Positions 32,455 to 43,199 of a stretch of DNA of 64,000 bases are shown here, in pieces. The notes beneath the pieces were generated by a model. The model made no database searches and had not been told where the DNA came from. It saw only the letters and a program-made list of their open reading frames with translations. The stretch lies in NCBI GenBank assembly GCA_963663765.2, contig CAXXUA010000015.1, positions 192,001 through 256,000 of the forward strand, read 5' to 3'. This DNA is from Candidatus Poribacteria bacterium (GTDB lineage Bacteria > Poribacteria > WGA-4E > WGA-3G). How positions within the stretch are numbered: position 1 is the stretch's first letter; each line of letters begins with the position of its first letter. Made by a program: the position numbers and the translations under genes.

Positions 32455-32483
32455 TGACGCGATTTTGTGCAGGTAAGGGTGCA
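32455..32483 (-). promoter_or_regulatory. Putative ECF-dependent promoter TGCACC-N18-CGTCA upstream of the TPR gene
   Basis: Minus strand TGCACC cttacctgcacaaaatcg CGTCA. Confidence 0.6.
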
Positions 32484-32596
32484 TATTTTTTAGTTGTTGA
32501 AGAATTACTTATTATGGTGGAACCAAAGAATAACTGAACATTCCCACGGTGGAAACATTTAGGAAACCGTTTAATGAACATGAAATATCATAGATA

Positions 32597-32625
32597 ATTG
32601 TACTTAATTGATAAGACTATGTCAA
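32597..32625 (-). promoter_or_regulatory. Sigma70 promoter upstream of the TPR gene
   Basis: Minus strand TTGACA-N17-TACAAT. Confidence 0.6.
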
Positions 32626-32920
32626 GTAAAAATCAGGACAGACGCAAATTGACGGAATTTATCTTTTACAGAAGGTAGGTGTGGTTTCCTAACCGCACTG
32701 GATTACTAATCAAAATTACCGAAATTATTTATTCATCTTCATATATGGGGGTTAGGAGAGTGGAAAAAAAGTCATCATTTCAGTTTTTTTATCTCCACAC
32801 TCCCGAACGCAATCGCATGTGAGTTCATATTAAGTAAGACATAAAGATATCGTAAATTAATGAAAGAAAGGAAGATAATTTGTGTTCTGATTCACAAATT
32901 TATATTCTTTATATTACTCA

Positions 32921-33853
32921 TTATTGTAAATTATATGGAGAAATGTAAACTTCGTATTTAATTGGTTCTAATGTTAATGGATTTATACTATAATCCCATC
33001 CCATAAACTCTTTTAATTCTTCGTCCGATGTATTTAAAACATCAATAGTAATTAAAGGAGCATCAGCATCCGATGTTCTACTAAACCCAGAAGTTACTTT
33101 TGAATCGATACCAATATATCTAAACTCATACTTTGTTCTTCCCTTTACAAAAAATGGCCGTCCATCTTTTAAAATTATTTTATTCCAAGCGGGACTCATA
33201 ATCCCCATTTCCACCTGCCATGTGGCTATTAATGGATTCTCATTTCCTCTTGGTACATGTAAATCCGCTTCAAGTACTTGACCCATAATTTCAGGAAATG
33301 CCCAAGTCTGTTCATATTGCCATTCAGGACGTCCAAAACCAAAACCCAAATTAAGTGTTAAACGAAGATCATTTTCAGCATAAACACGGTACATTTTTTC
33401 ATATTCTATGAACTTACCCCAAATATCGACCATAGGTCTATTCTTATTTTGGTATTGAACAATATTTTGAAGTAAAGCCTGAAATTGTTTGCCTTTTTCC
33501 TCAAGATTCTCAATTTCAGGAGGGTCTTGATATCCAGCATAAACATCAAGATTAAGTTCTGGTGGGAGCTTGAGTTCTTCAGGTATATCATCAGGCACTG
33601 ATGACGGTGGTAATGCAAAACTTACTCCAACAAATTCTTTAACTCTTTTAAATTCTCCAGTTGATTCTCCTACTTCGTCTGTAGCTTGCACCTGATCAGG
33701 GGGTTGTTCTGTTTCTGTCTCCGTTTTGGGTTCTGGGTTGGAGTGCTCCCCCTTGAACTGTTTCATGTCTACATGCAAGTAGATTTGTAATGCCGCGAAG
33801 CCGACTACAAGAAGCGCGAGTCCGCCTATTGCCCACTGTAATTGTTTTGTCAT
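32921..33853 (-). CDS. Membrane-anchored hypothetical protein (N-terminus shared with 37847-38551)
   Basis: RBS AAGGAG, N-terminal TM helix, EPKTETETEQPPDQVQ linker. Confidence 0.8.
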   Translation of the reverse strand: MTKQLQWAIGGLALLVVGFAALQIYLHVDMKQFKGEHSNPEPKTETETEQPPDQVQATDEVGESTGEFKRVKEFVGVSFALPPSSVPDDIPEELKLPPELNLDVYAGYQDPPEIENLEEKGKQFQALLQNIVQYQNKNRPMVDIWGKFIEYEKMYRVYAENDLRLTLNLGFGFGRPEWQYEQTWAFPEIMGQVLEADLHVPRGNENPLIATWQVEMGIMSPAWNKIILKDGRPFFVKGRTKYEFRYIGIDSKVTSGFSRTSDADAPLITIDVLNTSDEELKEFMGWDYSINPLTLEPIKYEVYISPYNLQ

Positions 33854-34061
33854 GTCAATAACTCCTTATTTGTGTGTCCCCTTGCGAACTTAATGAGTCT
33901 TGCTGGCAAGGTTCGGTTGCTACGGGGTTGATGATCCCCCGTTCAGGTAAAATGTGGTTACCAGTATATCTCCTTTGTGATATATTGTTTAGATAAAACT
34001 TTATGTTATCCAATGATGCAAACTCTAAATCAACATATCGCTATGAAATATCCTTAATAAG

Positions 34062-34531
34062 TTAAAGACACAGTTTTAGACCGAATTCGTATTCACTATA
34101 ACTTCTGTCTATACGTTTTTGTGCCTTATCCAGCATCCACTCATTAAAATTAATAGAAGACAAAATCTTTTCACGGCTCCAAGTAAAAATAATTTGCGTC
34201 GCTATTTCCTCACCCGTTAAGTAGCCAGCTAAAACTGCAGGCGCATTTGCTACTTCTTCTCCAAGAGAAAAATAATTAACAATAACCGTAATAACAACTC
34301 CACCCGTAACAGTAATAACAGCTTGTGCTTTGCCTTGTTCAATAGCATCTTTGTTATCAATATAGTCATCAATGAGGCTATCTAACGCCTCATGTATATC
34401 ATTGTAATCTACTATCGCCTGATCAACAGTCTTTCTCTTTGCAGACTCTAACTCATCTTTCTCTGTGTGGATCACCGTGGATGATCCATAGGTAATATTT
34501 TGATAAGAAAAGATAGACAATAGACAAACAA
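34062..34531 (-). pseudogene. Exported hypothetical protein truncated at its 5' end by the IS
   Basis: The ORF start codon lies inside the IS TIR; only the tail of a signal-peptide-like segment remains. Confidence 0.5.
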
Positions 34532-35569
34532 TAGACATTATATAAATTTAAATTACAGTTGATTTCTGGCATAATAAAGAAAATTATGCTTTGGAGATTA
34601 ACTCATGAACAGATATGATGAAATCAAGGATGATCCGGGTAAGTTCCAAAAACTAACGGGTTTTACGACTGAAGAATTTTTGGCACTTCTTCCGATTTGG
34701 ACGACACATTTTTTAGCGTTTGTCTCTACAAAAACACTTGATGGTCAAGAACGAAAAAAAACGGCGTTATACCACTTACAAAAATAGTCGTTTGTCAAAT
34801 ATGGAAGATAAACTTCTGTTTATTTTGATTTATCTACGACACGCATGGACCCAAGATGCTCATGGTATGTTCTTTGATATGTCTCAACCTGAGACATATA
34901 AATGGATACACCTACTTTCACCGATATTAGACCAGGCATTAGATGAACTCGGTGAGTTGCCATCTCGTGAGACAACTCCTGATACTTTTGAAAAAGAGAC
35001 AGCTGTTGAAAGTGACACACCGGCACCCGAACATTTTTTCCAAGATTGCACAGAGCGTCCGATACAGCGTCCGAAAGACCAAGAAGCTCAGAAGGACTAT
35101 TATAGTGGCAAAAAGAAACAACATACTGTAAAGAATAATCTGCTTATTAATGCTGCGTGCAGGGTATTGGTATTGTCTCCTACTTACAAAGGCAGCAGGC
35201 ATGATAAACGTATTGCCGATGAAACAATATCTTTTTTGCCAAGTGGTAGTTATTTATACCAAGATTCCGGTTTTTTAGGTTTTAATCCTGCTGGTATTAC
35301 TGTTGTCCAACAGAAAAAGAAACCCAAAGGTGGTGAACTGACAGCAGCTGAAAAAGCAAGAAACCGGGAAATATCGTCTATCCGTATCCGTGTAGAACAT
35401 GTGATTAGTAGTGTCAAAAGATACCGCATAGTCAAAGACAAGTTGCGCAATTGGAAACAAGGGTTCAGCGATTTAGTCATGAAAATCTGTTGTGGATTAC
35501 ATAACTTTCGTCTAAACTTCAGACCTTGGTGTTATGACAAACATTTCGATTAAACTTATATAATGTCTA
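34532..35569 (+). mobile_element. IS5-family (ISL2-like) insertion sequence
   Basis: TIRs tagacattatataa(a/g)ttta (18/19); transposase in two ORFs 34605-34787 and 34720-35553 separated by an A8 run at 34754-34761; DCTERPIQRP, YYSGKKKQHT, YQDSGFLG, RIRVEHVISSVKR. Confidence 0.9.
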
Positions 35570-36091
35570 ATGTCTAATATACACATCTTCAATGAAATCA
35601 ACAGGGATGTCGCTCATTGCGTGTTGTGCTTTTGGAATGGCGATTGGATCGTGTGCACGGATATTTGCACCTTCAGCAACGAGTTGACGGATAATATCAA
35701 GTGATGGTGCTTCTCGAATGTCGCCTGTATTCGGCTTAAAGGCGAGGCCGAGGATACCGATAGTTTTCCCACTAAGCGTTTTCAAAACATCGCGTAACTT
35801 TTGAACGATTCTTATGTGCTGTTGAAAGTTAACCGTTCGTGCAGCCTCTGTAATCGGCATCTCGTATCCAGCTTGTGCTGCAACACCTAATAGAGCTGCG
35901 GTATCTTTCGGGTAGCAGCTACCACCCCAACCCAGACCAGCACGGAAGAATCGATGTCCAATCCGTGAGTCAAGCCCAATACTGCGTGCCACCTCTGTGA
36001 CATCTGCACCGACATCCTCACAAAGAAAGGCATCATTGCTGTTTGCTCCGACTACGATCCGAGCTGGATAGAATTCCCCATGTAATGCCAA
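35567..36091 (-). pseudogene. UDP-glucose/GDP-mannose dehydrogenase fragment
   Basis: DSRIG..F..AGLGWGGSCYPKD and GILGLAFKPNT.DIRE motifs; N-terminal NAD domain missing, apparent internal deletion after RIVVG, C-terminus cut at the IS. Confidence 0.85.
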
Positions 36092-36163
36092 ACGTACCTG
36101 TTCAAAGTTTATGATTTTCTTTCGTCACGCTTTTTCTCTTCAGGTTTGGAAGGCTCATCTGTA

Positions 36164-36580
36164 TCAGTTACCTTCTAAAAACTTCATGAGAACTTCGCTC
36201 TTTTCGCGGCTTTCTGAAGTAATTACCTTTCTAGCTTTCATCGTCTTTATAAGTCTCGCCCCAAACTTCTCCCGGAAAACGACCAAACGTTTGTGCCTCT
36301 CTGTACGTTTTTCCTCCGTAGATGCAGAATCGGGCAGTTTTGACCTCATGATTTCGGGCAATTCTGCTATTATCTCCCTACCGAGTTGAAGCGCTACCTC
36401 CTTTTCTTTTGGATCGTCAATGCATTCTATGAGGGTCGGATCTTCTTCACATTCTTTAAGAAGACGTTGTAATTTATCTAACTCTTGTTGATGTAATGCC
36501 TCGTGTGCTTCCGCTTCCGCTGTCTTTTCAGAATCATCAGAAGTGGGTTCAGGGTTCACAAGCAATTTCTTAGTTCCCAT
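36164..36580 (-). CDS. Hypothetical charged helical protein
   Basis: RBS AAGGAG before MGTKK; no recognised motif. Confidence 0.6.
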   Translation of the reverse strand: MGTKKLLVNPEPTSDDSEKTAEAEAHEALHQQELDKLQRLLKECEEDPTLIECIDDPKEKEVALQLGREIIAELPEIMRSKLPDSASTEEKRTERHKRLVVFREKFGARLIKTMKARKVITSESREKSEVLMKFLEGN

Positions 36581-37666
36581 TTTGATTCTCCTTTCACCGC
36601 ACATTCATGATAAATGTCGGTTGAATTCTTTCCAGTAAAGCTGTTGTACCCAACCGGAAATAGTTACCTGAGTAAGATTGAGTCTTTTGCTGATTTTACC
36701 ACAATTGTCCTTGAAACGTCGAAAACACAAGCATCAACTTTTGATGGACTTACAGATACCTCGACTGATAACAGTAACAGACCATTTGAGTATACGGTTG
36801 CTATATCAAAAGAGCCTTTCAGTTCTTACATATACCCAATTTTCTACTAAATGGTTCACTCGTTAAGTATTTGATTCATGTTTCCCATTGAAGTGCCATA
36901 AGCACCTAATTTATATCTCAGTTGAAAATGTCAGCTGGACACTTCGCTATGTGCTACAAGGGGTTATGTTATGTTTCGCTTCACTTAACTTCCTCTCCTT
37001 TTGCTATTCCACTTCACCCTGTAGGTATTTCATTGTCTCTTTTTTTTAAAGTCTCCTTTTTTGTATGTAAACTGATTTTCCAAAGAATTCACACGTACGT
37101 GTTATCCAAACGGATAAGACAACCATACCTAAATAAATTTAACACCGACTAAAAATGTGTACAACTAAACAATATAGTGCAACTGCATGGAAATCCTCCG
37201 AATCATGCGGGTTGCTGTCACTTTTATGAATGATAACATTTCTACAAAAAAAATCAAGAAAAAATCCTACGGATATTTTCAAAGTTCTTCAGATAGCGCT
37301 GATCAGTCGCATATTCAGGGAAATGATCTGCTCTCCAATCTTTATCGTCATACCCAATATATTTTGTCCCTTCATCGGTTGTTTTGCTTGAGAAGACCAC
37401 CAGTTAGATATGTAGGAGATATCCTCTCCATAACGGAAAACAAAGGTATCATCCACACTGATGACAATACACAGACGCGATAGAGTAGAAGCACTTTTGA
37501 TACAGCCTCCCGTAGCTCCTCTAACGCATGAGATCTTCCGCCCGTTCTGTGTACCCTGATGGAAGTTTCGGAAGTATACTTCTTTCTATATCGACCGAAA
37601 ATTTTTGATAATATACACTGCTAACCCACATTCCGCACCTGTTTTTACAGAATTTAAATTTATATA

Positions 37667-37788
37667 CAGGACTTACGCAGTTTTCATGATTTGATGAAGA
37701 ATTATGACGAAAATGGTGTAATTTTCAGCATTTTTTAGGTTTCCAGCGCGCTTACAAAGCGCGCCTACCGTTGGGTGCGTAAGTCCTG
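37667..37788. mobile_element. CAGGACTTACGCA-family MITE, copy 1
   Basis: 13-bp TIRs, 5-bp TSD ATATA, internal REP half gcgcgcttacaaagcgcgcctac. Confidence 0.9.
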
Positions 37789-37846
37789 ATATAATGTCTA
37801 ATAAATGTAATATGTACGACTTTACGAAGCAACTAAACCTCATATT

Positions 37847-38551
37847 TTATTTGAAATAAGAATCCCAATCAGGATCCCAATCAGAAATGTGCATTGGAAA
37901 ATACTCAGATCGCCATAGTGCGTATCCACTTTCCGGATCATAGTGTGTATACTGAGTACGAACTCCAGTCCAATTTATTTTACCTAAATCCAGTTTTCGA
38001 GCTATGCTCATAGTACCGGATTTATATTTGTCACGGATTTCATACAACAGATCAAAATAATCTCTCGATGCCTTTTCAAATTCAGGTGTGCCTTCCGAAT
38101 AATAAATGCTGAGATAGCTTTGCTTGGCGAGTTCTTGGGCCTCCGTGTCATCAGGTGGAAATGGCGGTATCCATTTCGCGCTCCAGTGTCCGCGTTCTTC
38201 TGCTTGCAGGCGAAGTGCTTTCACGGGATTTGTTTTGAGCAGCTCCTCGTGAAATGTCAAGGAACCTTCAGGAAACGGCATAGGTTCTTTCTGTGCTATC
38301 GGCACTTCATGCCAATAGTCACCGTGCCACTCATACTTACGTCCATCATCTGGCGGTGGTGGTCTGTTATCCACTTCAGGCACTTGCACCTGGTCGGGGG
38401 GTTGTTCTGTTTCTGTCTCCGTTTTAGGTTCTGGATCGGCAAGTTCCTCTTTGAACTGATTCATGTTTACATGCAAGTATATTTGCAATGCCACAAAACC
38501 GACTATAAGAAGCGCAAGTCCGCCTATTGCCCACTGTAATTGTTTTGTCAT
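37847..38551 (-). CDS. Membrane-anchored hypothetical protein with WHGDYWH motif
   Basis: First ~55 aa and upstream DNA shared with 32921-33853; C-terminus appears unrelated. Confidence 0.8.
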   Translation of the reverse strand: MTKQLQWAIGGLALLIVGFVALQIYLHVNMNQFKEELADPEPKTETETEQPPDQVQVPEVDNRPPPPDDGRKYEWHGDYWHEVPIAQKEPMPFPEGSLTFHEELLKTNPVKALRLQAEERGHWSAKWIPPFPPDDTEAQELAKQSYLSIYYSEGTPEFEKASRDYFDLLYEIRDKYKSGTMSIARKLDLGKINWTGVRTQYTHYDPESGYALWRSEYFPMHISDWDPDWDSYFK

Positions 38552-38704
38552 GTCAATAACTCCTTATATGTGTGTTCATTTGAGAACTTAATGAGTCTTG
38601 CTGGCAAGGGAAGGTTGCTACGGGGTTGATGGTCCCCTGGTCAGGAATAATATGGTTACCAATTATATCTCCTTTTTGATATATTATCAAGATAAAACTA
38701 TGAG

Positions 38705-39859
38705 TTAATATCCTGTAATGCTGATAACATCTCTACTTGCTGCAGAACGATAACCAGCACTTATTACCGCTACAGAATGTGCTGCAAATTCAGAATTCAT
38801 CTCACTCTCTACATCATTTTCAATACAATCTATAAAAGCACTAAATTCATTCTGTGCATCATTACTATTGCCAATATCCATCCAGTGTTGTTTCGGTTGC
38901 ATCCCAATCTCAGATTGCGTGCTACTCCACATCCCCATTGGATCCAATGGGTGTGGTTCCGGTGATATAAACGCGGGTTCTGTTGAAAAGACTTCTAATC
39001 GGTCTATAGAAGCATCAAAAGTTAGTGTTGCATCAGTCCCAACAAGATGTACTTTCCGCACGCCACCTTGTGCGTGACTTTGCCAACCATACCGTCCAGC
39101 AGCGATTGTTGCTGTGACACCATCTTCTAATGTTAACACCATTAGTCCAAAATCTTCTAAATCGCACTTATAGTGTTCTTCAAAAAAGTAGTTTGCAGTA
39201 CCGCAATAAACACTCTCAACACGTTTTTGTGTCAACCAGTTCACCATTGACACAGCGTAGACACCGATGTCAAACATTTCAGGCTTTGCTTCTACGAAAC
39301 TGTATCGTTCCAGTGTAGGTTTTTGTTTGCGCTTTTTTCCAATAGGAGCAGTTCCTGGATGCCCTTTTGCAAATAGGACATCACAATGAAGTGCTTGAAG
39401 TGTTCCAATATGTCCTTTGTTCAATCCATGTTTTACCTTTTTTGCCCACGAACTGTGGACATTGCTAAACATCTGTGTCTTAATGTTGTTTTTCTTCACA
39501 GCATCAACAATATCCTGTGCTTGTTTAGCATTGAGTGCCATTGGTTTGTCAAGATATATGTGCTTTCCAGCTTCAGCACATTTCACCCCGACACGTCCAC
39601 GTCTTTCCACTTCGGTACATAGACTTACTATATGAACATCATCACGTGCTAAAGCATTATCAAGGTTGGGTATATATGGCAGTTTTAATTCATCAGCGAG
39701 GGAACGACCTAATGCAATCCGTTCTTTAGGTGCATCCACTTCATCAGCAAAAGCAATGAGTTGGCAACGCGTATCATTTGCAAATAGATGAGCGTAGTTT
39801 TCTTGATGTGTGCGATGTCCACCGAGTAATAGGACTCCGTACTTTTTGTTCTTATTCAT
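38705..39859 (-). CDS. Gfo/Idh/MocA family oxidoreductase
   Basis: AGKHIYLDKPMA, IGTLQALHCD, FDIGVYAV; atypical N-terminal GGHRTHQENYA. Confidence 0.85.
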   Translation of the reverse strand: MNKNKKYGVLLLGGHRTHQENYAHLFANDTRCQLIAFADEVDAPKERIALGRSLADELKLPYIPNLDNALARDDVHIVSLCTEVERRGRVGVKCAEAGKHIYLDKPMALNAKQAQDIVDAVKKNNIKTQMFSNVHSSWAKKVKHGLNKGHIGTLQALHCDVLFAKGHPGTAPIGKKRKQKPTLERYSFVEAKPEMFDIGVYAVSMVNWLTQKRVESVYCGTANYFFEEHYKCDLEDFGLMVLTLEDGVTATIAAGRYGWQSHAQGGVRKVHLVGTDATLTFDASIDRLEVFSTEPAFISPEPHPLDPMGMWSSTQSEIGMQPKQHWMDIGNSNDAQNEFSAFIDCIENDVESEMNSEFAAHSVAVISAGYRSAASRDVISITGY

Positions 39860-40304
39860 GCAGATCCTCTACTTTGATTGGTTGATTAGATGCAAGAGCG
39901 TTTGCGATTGTTTCGGATAATTCGTTTGACTTTCCGATTCCTGGAGGATTTCCACTTAGATTGTGTCTACCCATCGGTGTTTCATAATAGATTGTACCTC
40001 TATTGCCGATCAACATAATGTCAATTGCTGATTCAACATCTACGCGATTGACACACAAAACAGCCATTTGACCACCTGCAAATTGCACCATTACAGTTAT
40101 CTGAACTTTATCACCATCACCTTGCGCATATATGCTTTCTGGTTTAGATGGCATCCATGAATTTGATAGTGAAAAAATTTCTGCTGCAGATTGAAGTAAG
40201 TCTGCTGTATCACTAGCGACATGCAGTACACATCTTAGAAATACAGGACTTCCAATCCGTTCTTTCTCAATCACAGTGTCAACTGCTATTTTCAATAATT
40301 CCAT
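39852..40304 (-). CDS. Small protein resembling a Gfo/Idh/MocA C-terminal domain
   Basis: RIGSPVFLR, PESIYAQG, VQFAGGQMA, LIGNRGTIY; overlaps the downstream oxidoreductase start. Confidence 0.7.
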   Translation of the reverse strand: MELLKIAVDTVIEKERIGSPVFLRCVLHVASDTADLLQSAAEIFSLSNSWMPSKPESIYAQGDGDKVQITVMVQFAGGQMAVLCVNRVDVESAIDIMLIGNRGTIYYETPMGRHNLSGNPPGIGKSNELSETIANALASNQPIKVEDLHE

Positions 40305-40375
40305 ATAGAATCCTTGTTATTCAAACATAGAAAACATTTGACTGTTCTGAAACTTTGTGCTAAATTTATTCTAAA

Positions 40376-40498
40376 CAGGACTTACGCAGTTTTCATGATC
40401 CTATCAAGAATTAAGACGAAAACGATGTAATTTTCAGCACTTTTTAGGGTTACGGCGCGCTTACAAAGCACGCCTACCGTTGGGGTGCGTAAGTCCTG
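40376..40498. mobile_element. CAGGACTTACGCA-family MITE, copy 2
   Basis: TIRs and 5-bp TSD CTAAA. Confidence 0.9.
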
Positions 40499-40571
40499 CT
40501 AAATTCGTTTTGACTTTTTCTGCCCATTTACTATCAATCTATACATTTAATTCAACTAATGGAGGACAACT

Positions 40572-40937
40572 ATGGCGTTAAAAACACTACAAGAACTTGT
40601 TGCTGAGGCGAAAGCGCATGTTGGTCAAATTTCACCGGACGAACTTACTGATGCTGGAGATACTGTTATCCTATTGGATGTACGTGACGAACCTGATTAC
40701 GAAGAAGAACATCTCCCGAATGCGGTTTCACTCCCGCGCGGATATATTGAGCTTGATATTGATGAAGTTACGACAGATGAAAACACACAAATAGTTACGT
40801 ATTGTGGTGGTGGCACACGAGCAACACTTTCTGCACACACACTAAAAAACATGGGTTTCAAGAATGTTTCAGTCTTAACTGGTGGATTCCGCGGTTGGAA
40901 AGCAGCGGGACTTCCAACTGAAGCAGAAGATAGTTAA
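40572..40937 (+). CDS. Rhodanese-like domain protein
   Basis: LLDVRD..Y..EHLPNA, YCGGGTRA, LTGGFRGWKAAGLP. Confidence 0.92.
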   Translation: MALKTLQELVAEAKAHVGQISPDELTDAGDTVILLDVRDEPDYEEEHLPNAVSLPRGYIELDIDEVTTDENTQIVTYCGGGTRATLSAHTLKNMGFKNVSVLTGGFRGWKAAGLPTEAEDS

Positions 40938-41066
40938 GTCAATTGGCATATAAAATAGCATAGTTTGGAAAACATGTCAATTATTGAGTTTATTGTCATT
41001 CGGACAATTCATTTATTGTAAATAAATATTCCGAATGACGTTTCTAATACATCAAAGGAGGGTTGG

Positions 41067-42134
41067 ATGTTACAAAAACTTCTCAACAGTTTCAGTTCGC
41101 GCTATTCGGTATGGTTATCTGTTCATTTGGGATTAATTCTATTACTTGTTTTTCTCATTGGATGTAGCGATCAGAAGGAAAAACTGAATGTGTTCACTTG
41201 GGCAGGTTATGTCAATGAGGAAATCCGTACTGGATTTGAGGAAGAATTTGGAGTGACTGTCATCGTCGATACTTATGGTACCAATGAAGATTTACTCACT
41301 AAGTTGTCCGCAGGTGCAACAGGTTATGACATTATTATGCCGTCAGACTATATGGTGACAAGGATGATTGATGAGAATCTATTAGCAGAACTGAACCATA
41401 ACAATATACCCAATTTTCAAAACCTCAATCCAGTTTTCCTTGATAAGTATTTTGACCCAAAAAACAAATATTCTGTTCCATATACTTTTGGTACTGCTGG
41501 GATTGCTTATGACTCTACAGTAGTATCACCTGCCCCCGACAGTTGGTCGGTATTTTGGGATGAGCAGTATAAGAACAAATTTAGTTTGCTTGATGATCCA
41601 CGGGAAACACCAGGCGTTGCCTTGAAACTTCTCGGTTATAGCATCAATACAACTGACTTGGAACAACTTGGACAAGCAAAAGAAAAACTCTTTGAACAGA
41701 AACCGCTTGTGAAACAGTATAAGAGTGAAGCGGAAGAACTATTAATTGCTGGAGATGTTGTCATGGCACACTGCTGGAGTGGAGATGCATTCCGTGCTGC
41801 AGATCAAAAACCGGAGATAAAATATGTCATTCCAAAAGAGGGTTCAAGCCAGTTTATAGACAACGTGTGTATACCAAAAGATGCACCGCATAAAGAATTG
41901 GCAGAAAAGTTTATTGATTACCTACTTCGTCCAGAGATTAATGCTAAAATTACGACCTTTACCAAATATGGAACTTGTGTTGAAGGTGCAAAAGAACATT
42001 TGCCAGAAGAATTGCAAAAGCACGAATATATTTACCCATCTGTAGAAGTAATAAAAACACTTGAGTGGATAAAAGATCCTGGTGAGTTTTTACAACAATA
42101 TAATCGAGTCTGGGAAGAAGTAAAAGCAAGATAG
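41067..42134 (+). CDS. potD: Spermidine/putrescine ABC transporter substrate-binding lipoprotein (PotD/PotF family)
   Basis: Lipobox LIGC, LNVFTWAGY, GYDIIMPSDY, YSVPY..GTAGIAY, YVIPKEG. Confidence 0.88.
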   Translation: MLQKLLNSFSSRYSVWLSVHLGLILLLVFLIGCSDQKEKLNVFTWAGYVNEEIRTGFEEEFGVTVIVDTYGTNEDLLTKLSAGATGYDIIMPSDYMVTRMIDENLLAELNHNNIPNFQNLNPVFLDKYFDPKNKYSVPYTFGTAGIAYDSTVVSPAPDSWSVFWDEQYKNKFSLLDDPRETPGVALKLLGYSINTTDLEQLGQAKEKLFEQKPLVKQYKSEAEELLIAGDVVMAHCWSGDAFRAADQKPEIKYVIPKEGSSQFIDNVCIPKDAPHKELAEKFIDYLLRPEINAKITTFTKYGTCVEGAKEHLPEELQKHEYIYPSVEVIKTLEWIKDPGEFLQQYNRVWEEVKAR

Positions 42135-42142
42135 TTTTCTAA

Positions 42143-42324
42143 CAGGACTTACGCACCGAACGGTAGGCGGGGAATGCCTAAAGGCGAATGCGCGTATGGC
42201 ATTCGCCATGATTCATACCGTTGATTTGGTGCTTTGTAAGCGCGCTGGAAACCTAAAAAATGCTGAAAATAACATCATTTTCGTCGTAATTCTTGACTAA
42301 AACATGAAAACTGCGTAAGTCCTG
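42143..42324. mobile_element. CAGGACTTACGCA-family MITE, copy 3, with ~60-bp internal insertion
   Basis: TIRs and 5-bp TSD TCTAA; extra hairpin ggcgaatgc...gcattcgcc inside the REP. Confidence 0.88.
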
Positions 42325-42450
42325 TCTAATAAAAGAGTTAAACTGATGAGACTTTGGATTACACTGAATATCAATTGCGTAACCCTTTTGAAGTAATTTT
42401 GCAAATTATTTCATGATTCTTTGCGTTTTATTTCTTTGAAGCTATTTTAG

Positions 42451-42594
42451 CTAGTGTTGAGTCAACATACTATTGTAGGTCGAGATTCGGAGATCGCTCC
42501 TACAGAAGTCTTGTGTATTGTGTGTATTGTAGGAGGGAACTCCGATTCCCGACTACTTTTTAGACCCATCAATAAACACTTGACTAAACACTAG
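42451..42594. mobile_element. CTAG-bounded MITE carrying REPs
   Basis: ctagtgttgagtcaa / ttgactaaacactag inverted ends; gtagg REPs inside. Confidence 0.7.
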
Positions 42595-42666
42595 ATGCTT
42601 TGATAATCTACTGTATGACTTGAAAGATGAATTTCATGTGTATCTAATACTCGGTTTTATTACCAG

Positions 42667-43153
42667 GGGTGTGTATAGTTTTTGCACAAACATCCCACTC
42701 TCCATTGTAGGGCAGGTCTCTGTGCCCCGCCGCAACTGATTAAATGAGAGATTGCGGACACAGAGTCCTAATGAGTTTTGACGTTCAAGTTGTGTATTCG
42801 TAGGGGTGTGGTTTCCACACATGATCTACGCAAACTCAAAAACCAAACGGGTTGGGGAACCCAACCCCTACGAATTCAACTACCGATTTTGATTGTCAAA
42901 CGTCATTAGGTGTCAATATAAAGAAATATTGTTAATATTAACCATATTCTTCAGTCCCGTAGGGACGATATGTTTATAGAAATACATATCCCACCGTCTC
43001 TTTAGTCCTGTAGGAACGATATGTTTATCCTTCTATGTCGTTCCTACGGAACTAAAGAGAGGGGATGTGATAACGTCTTTCTATAAACATTGCGTCCCTA
43101 CGGGACTAAAGAGAACAAAAGTTTGTACCTCTGTGCAAAAACTTTACACACCC
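42667..43153. mobile_element. MITE with IS256-like ends carrying nested elements
   Basis: TIRs gggtgtgtatagtttttgcaca / tgtgcaaaaactttacacaccc; 9-bp TSD TAT(T/C)ACCAG; nested element 42767-42910 (cctaatga..tttgac ends) and gtcccgtagggac REPs. Confidence 0.75.
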
Positions 43154-43199
43154 TATCACCAGTTATCAAATGACAAAAGGCAAATTAGAGGGTATAGTT

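Noticed and set aside
36614-37620. Short ORFs in the region after the UGD fragment
   Set aside because: Stops in all plausible frames and no recognisable motifs; probably decayed sequence that I cannot assign.
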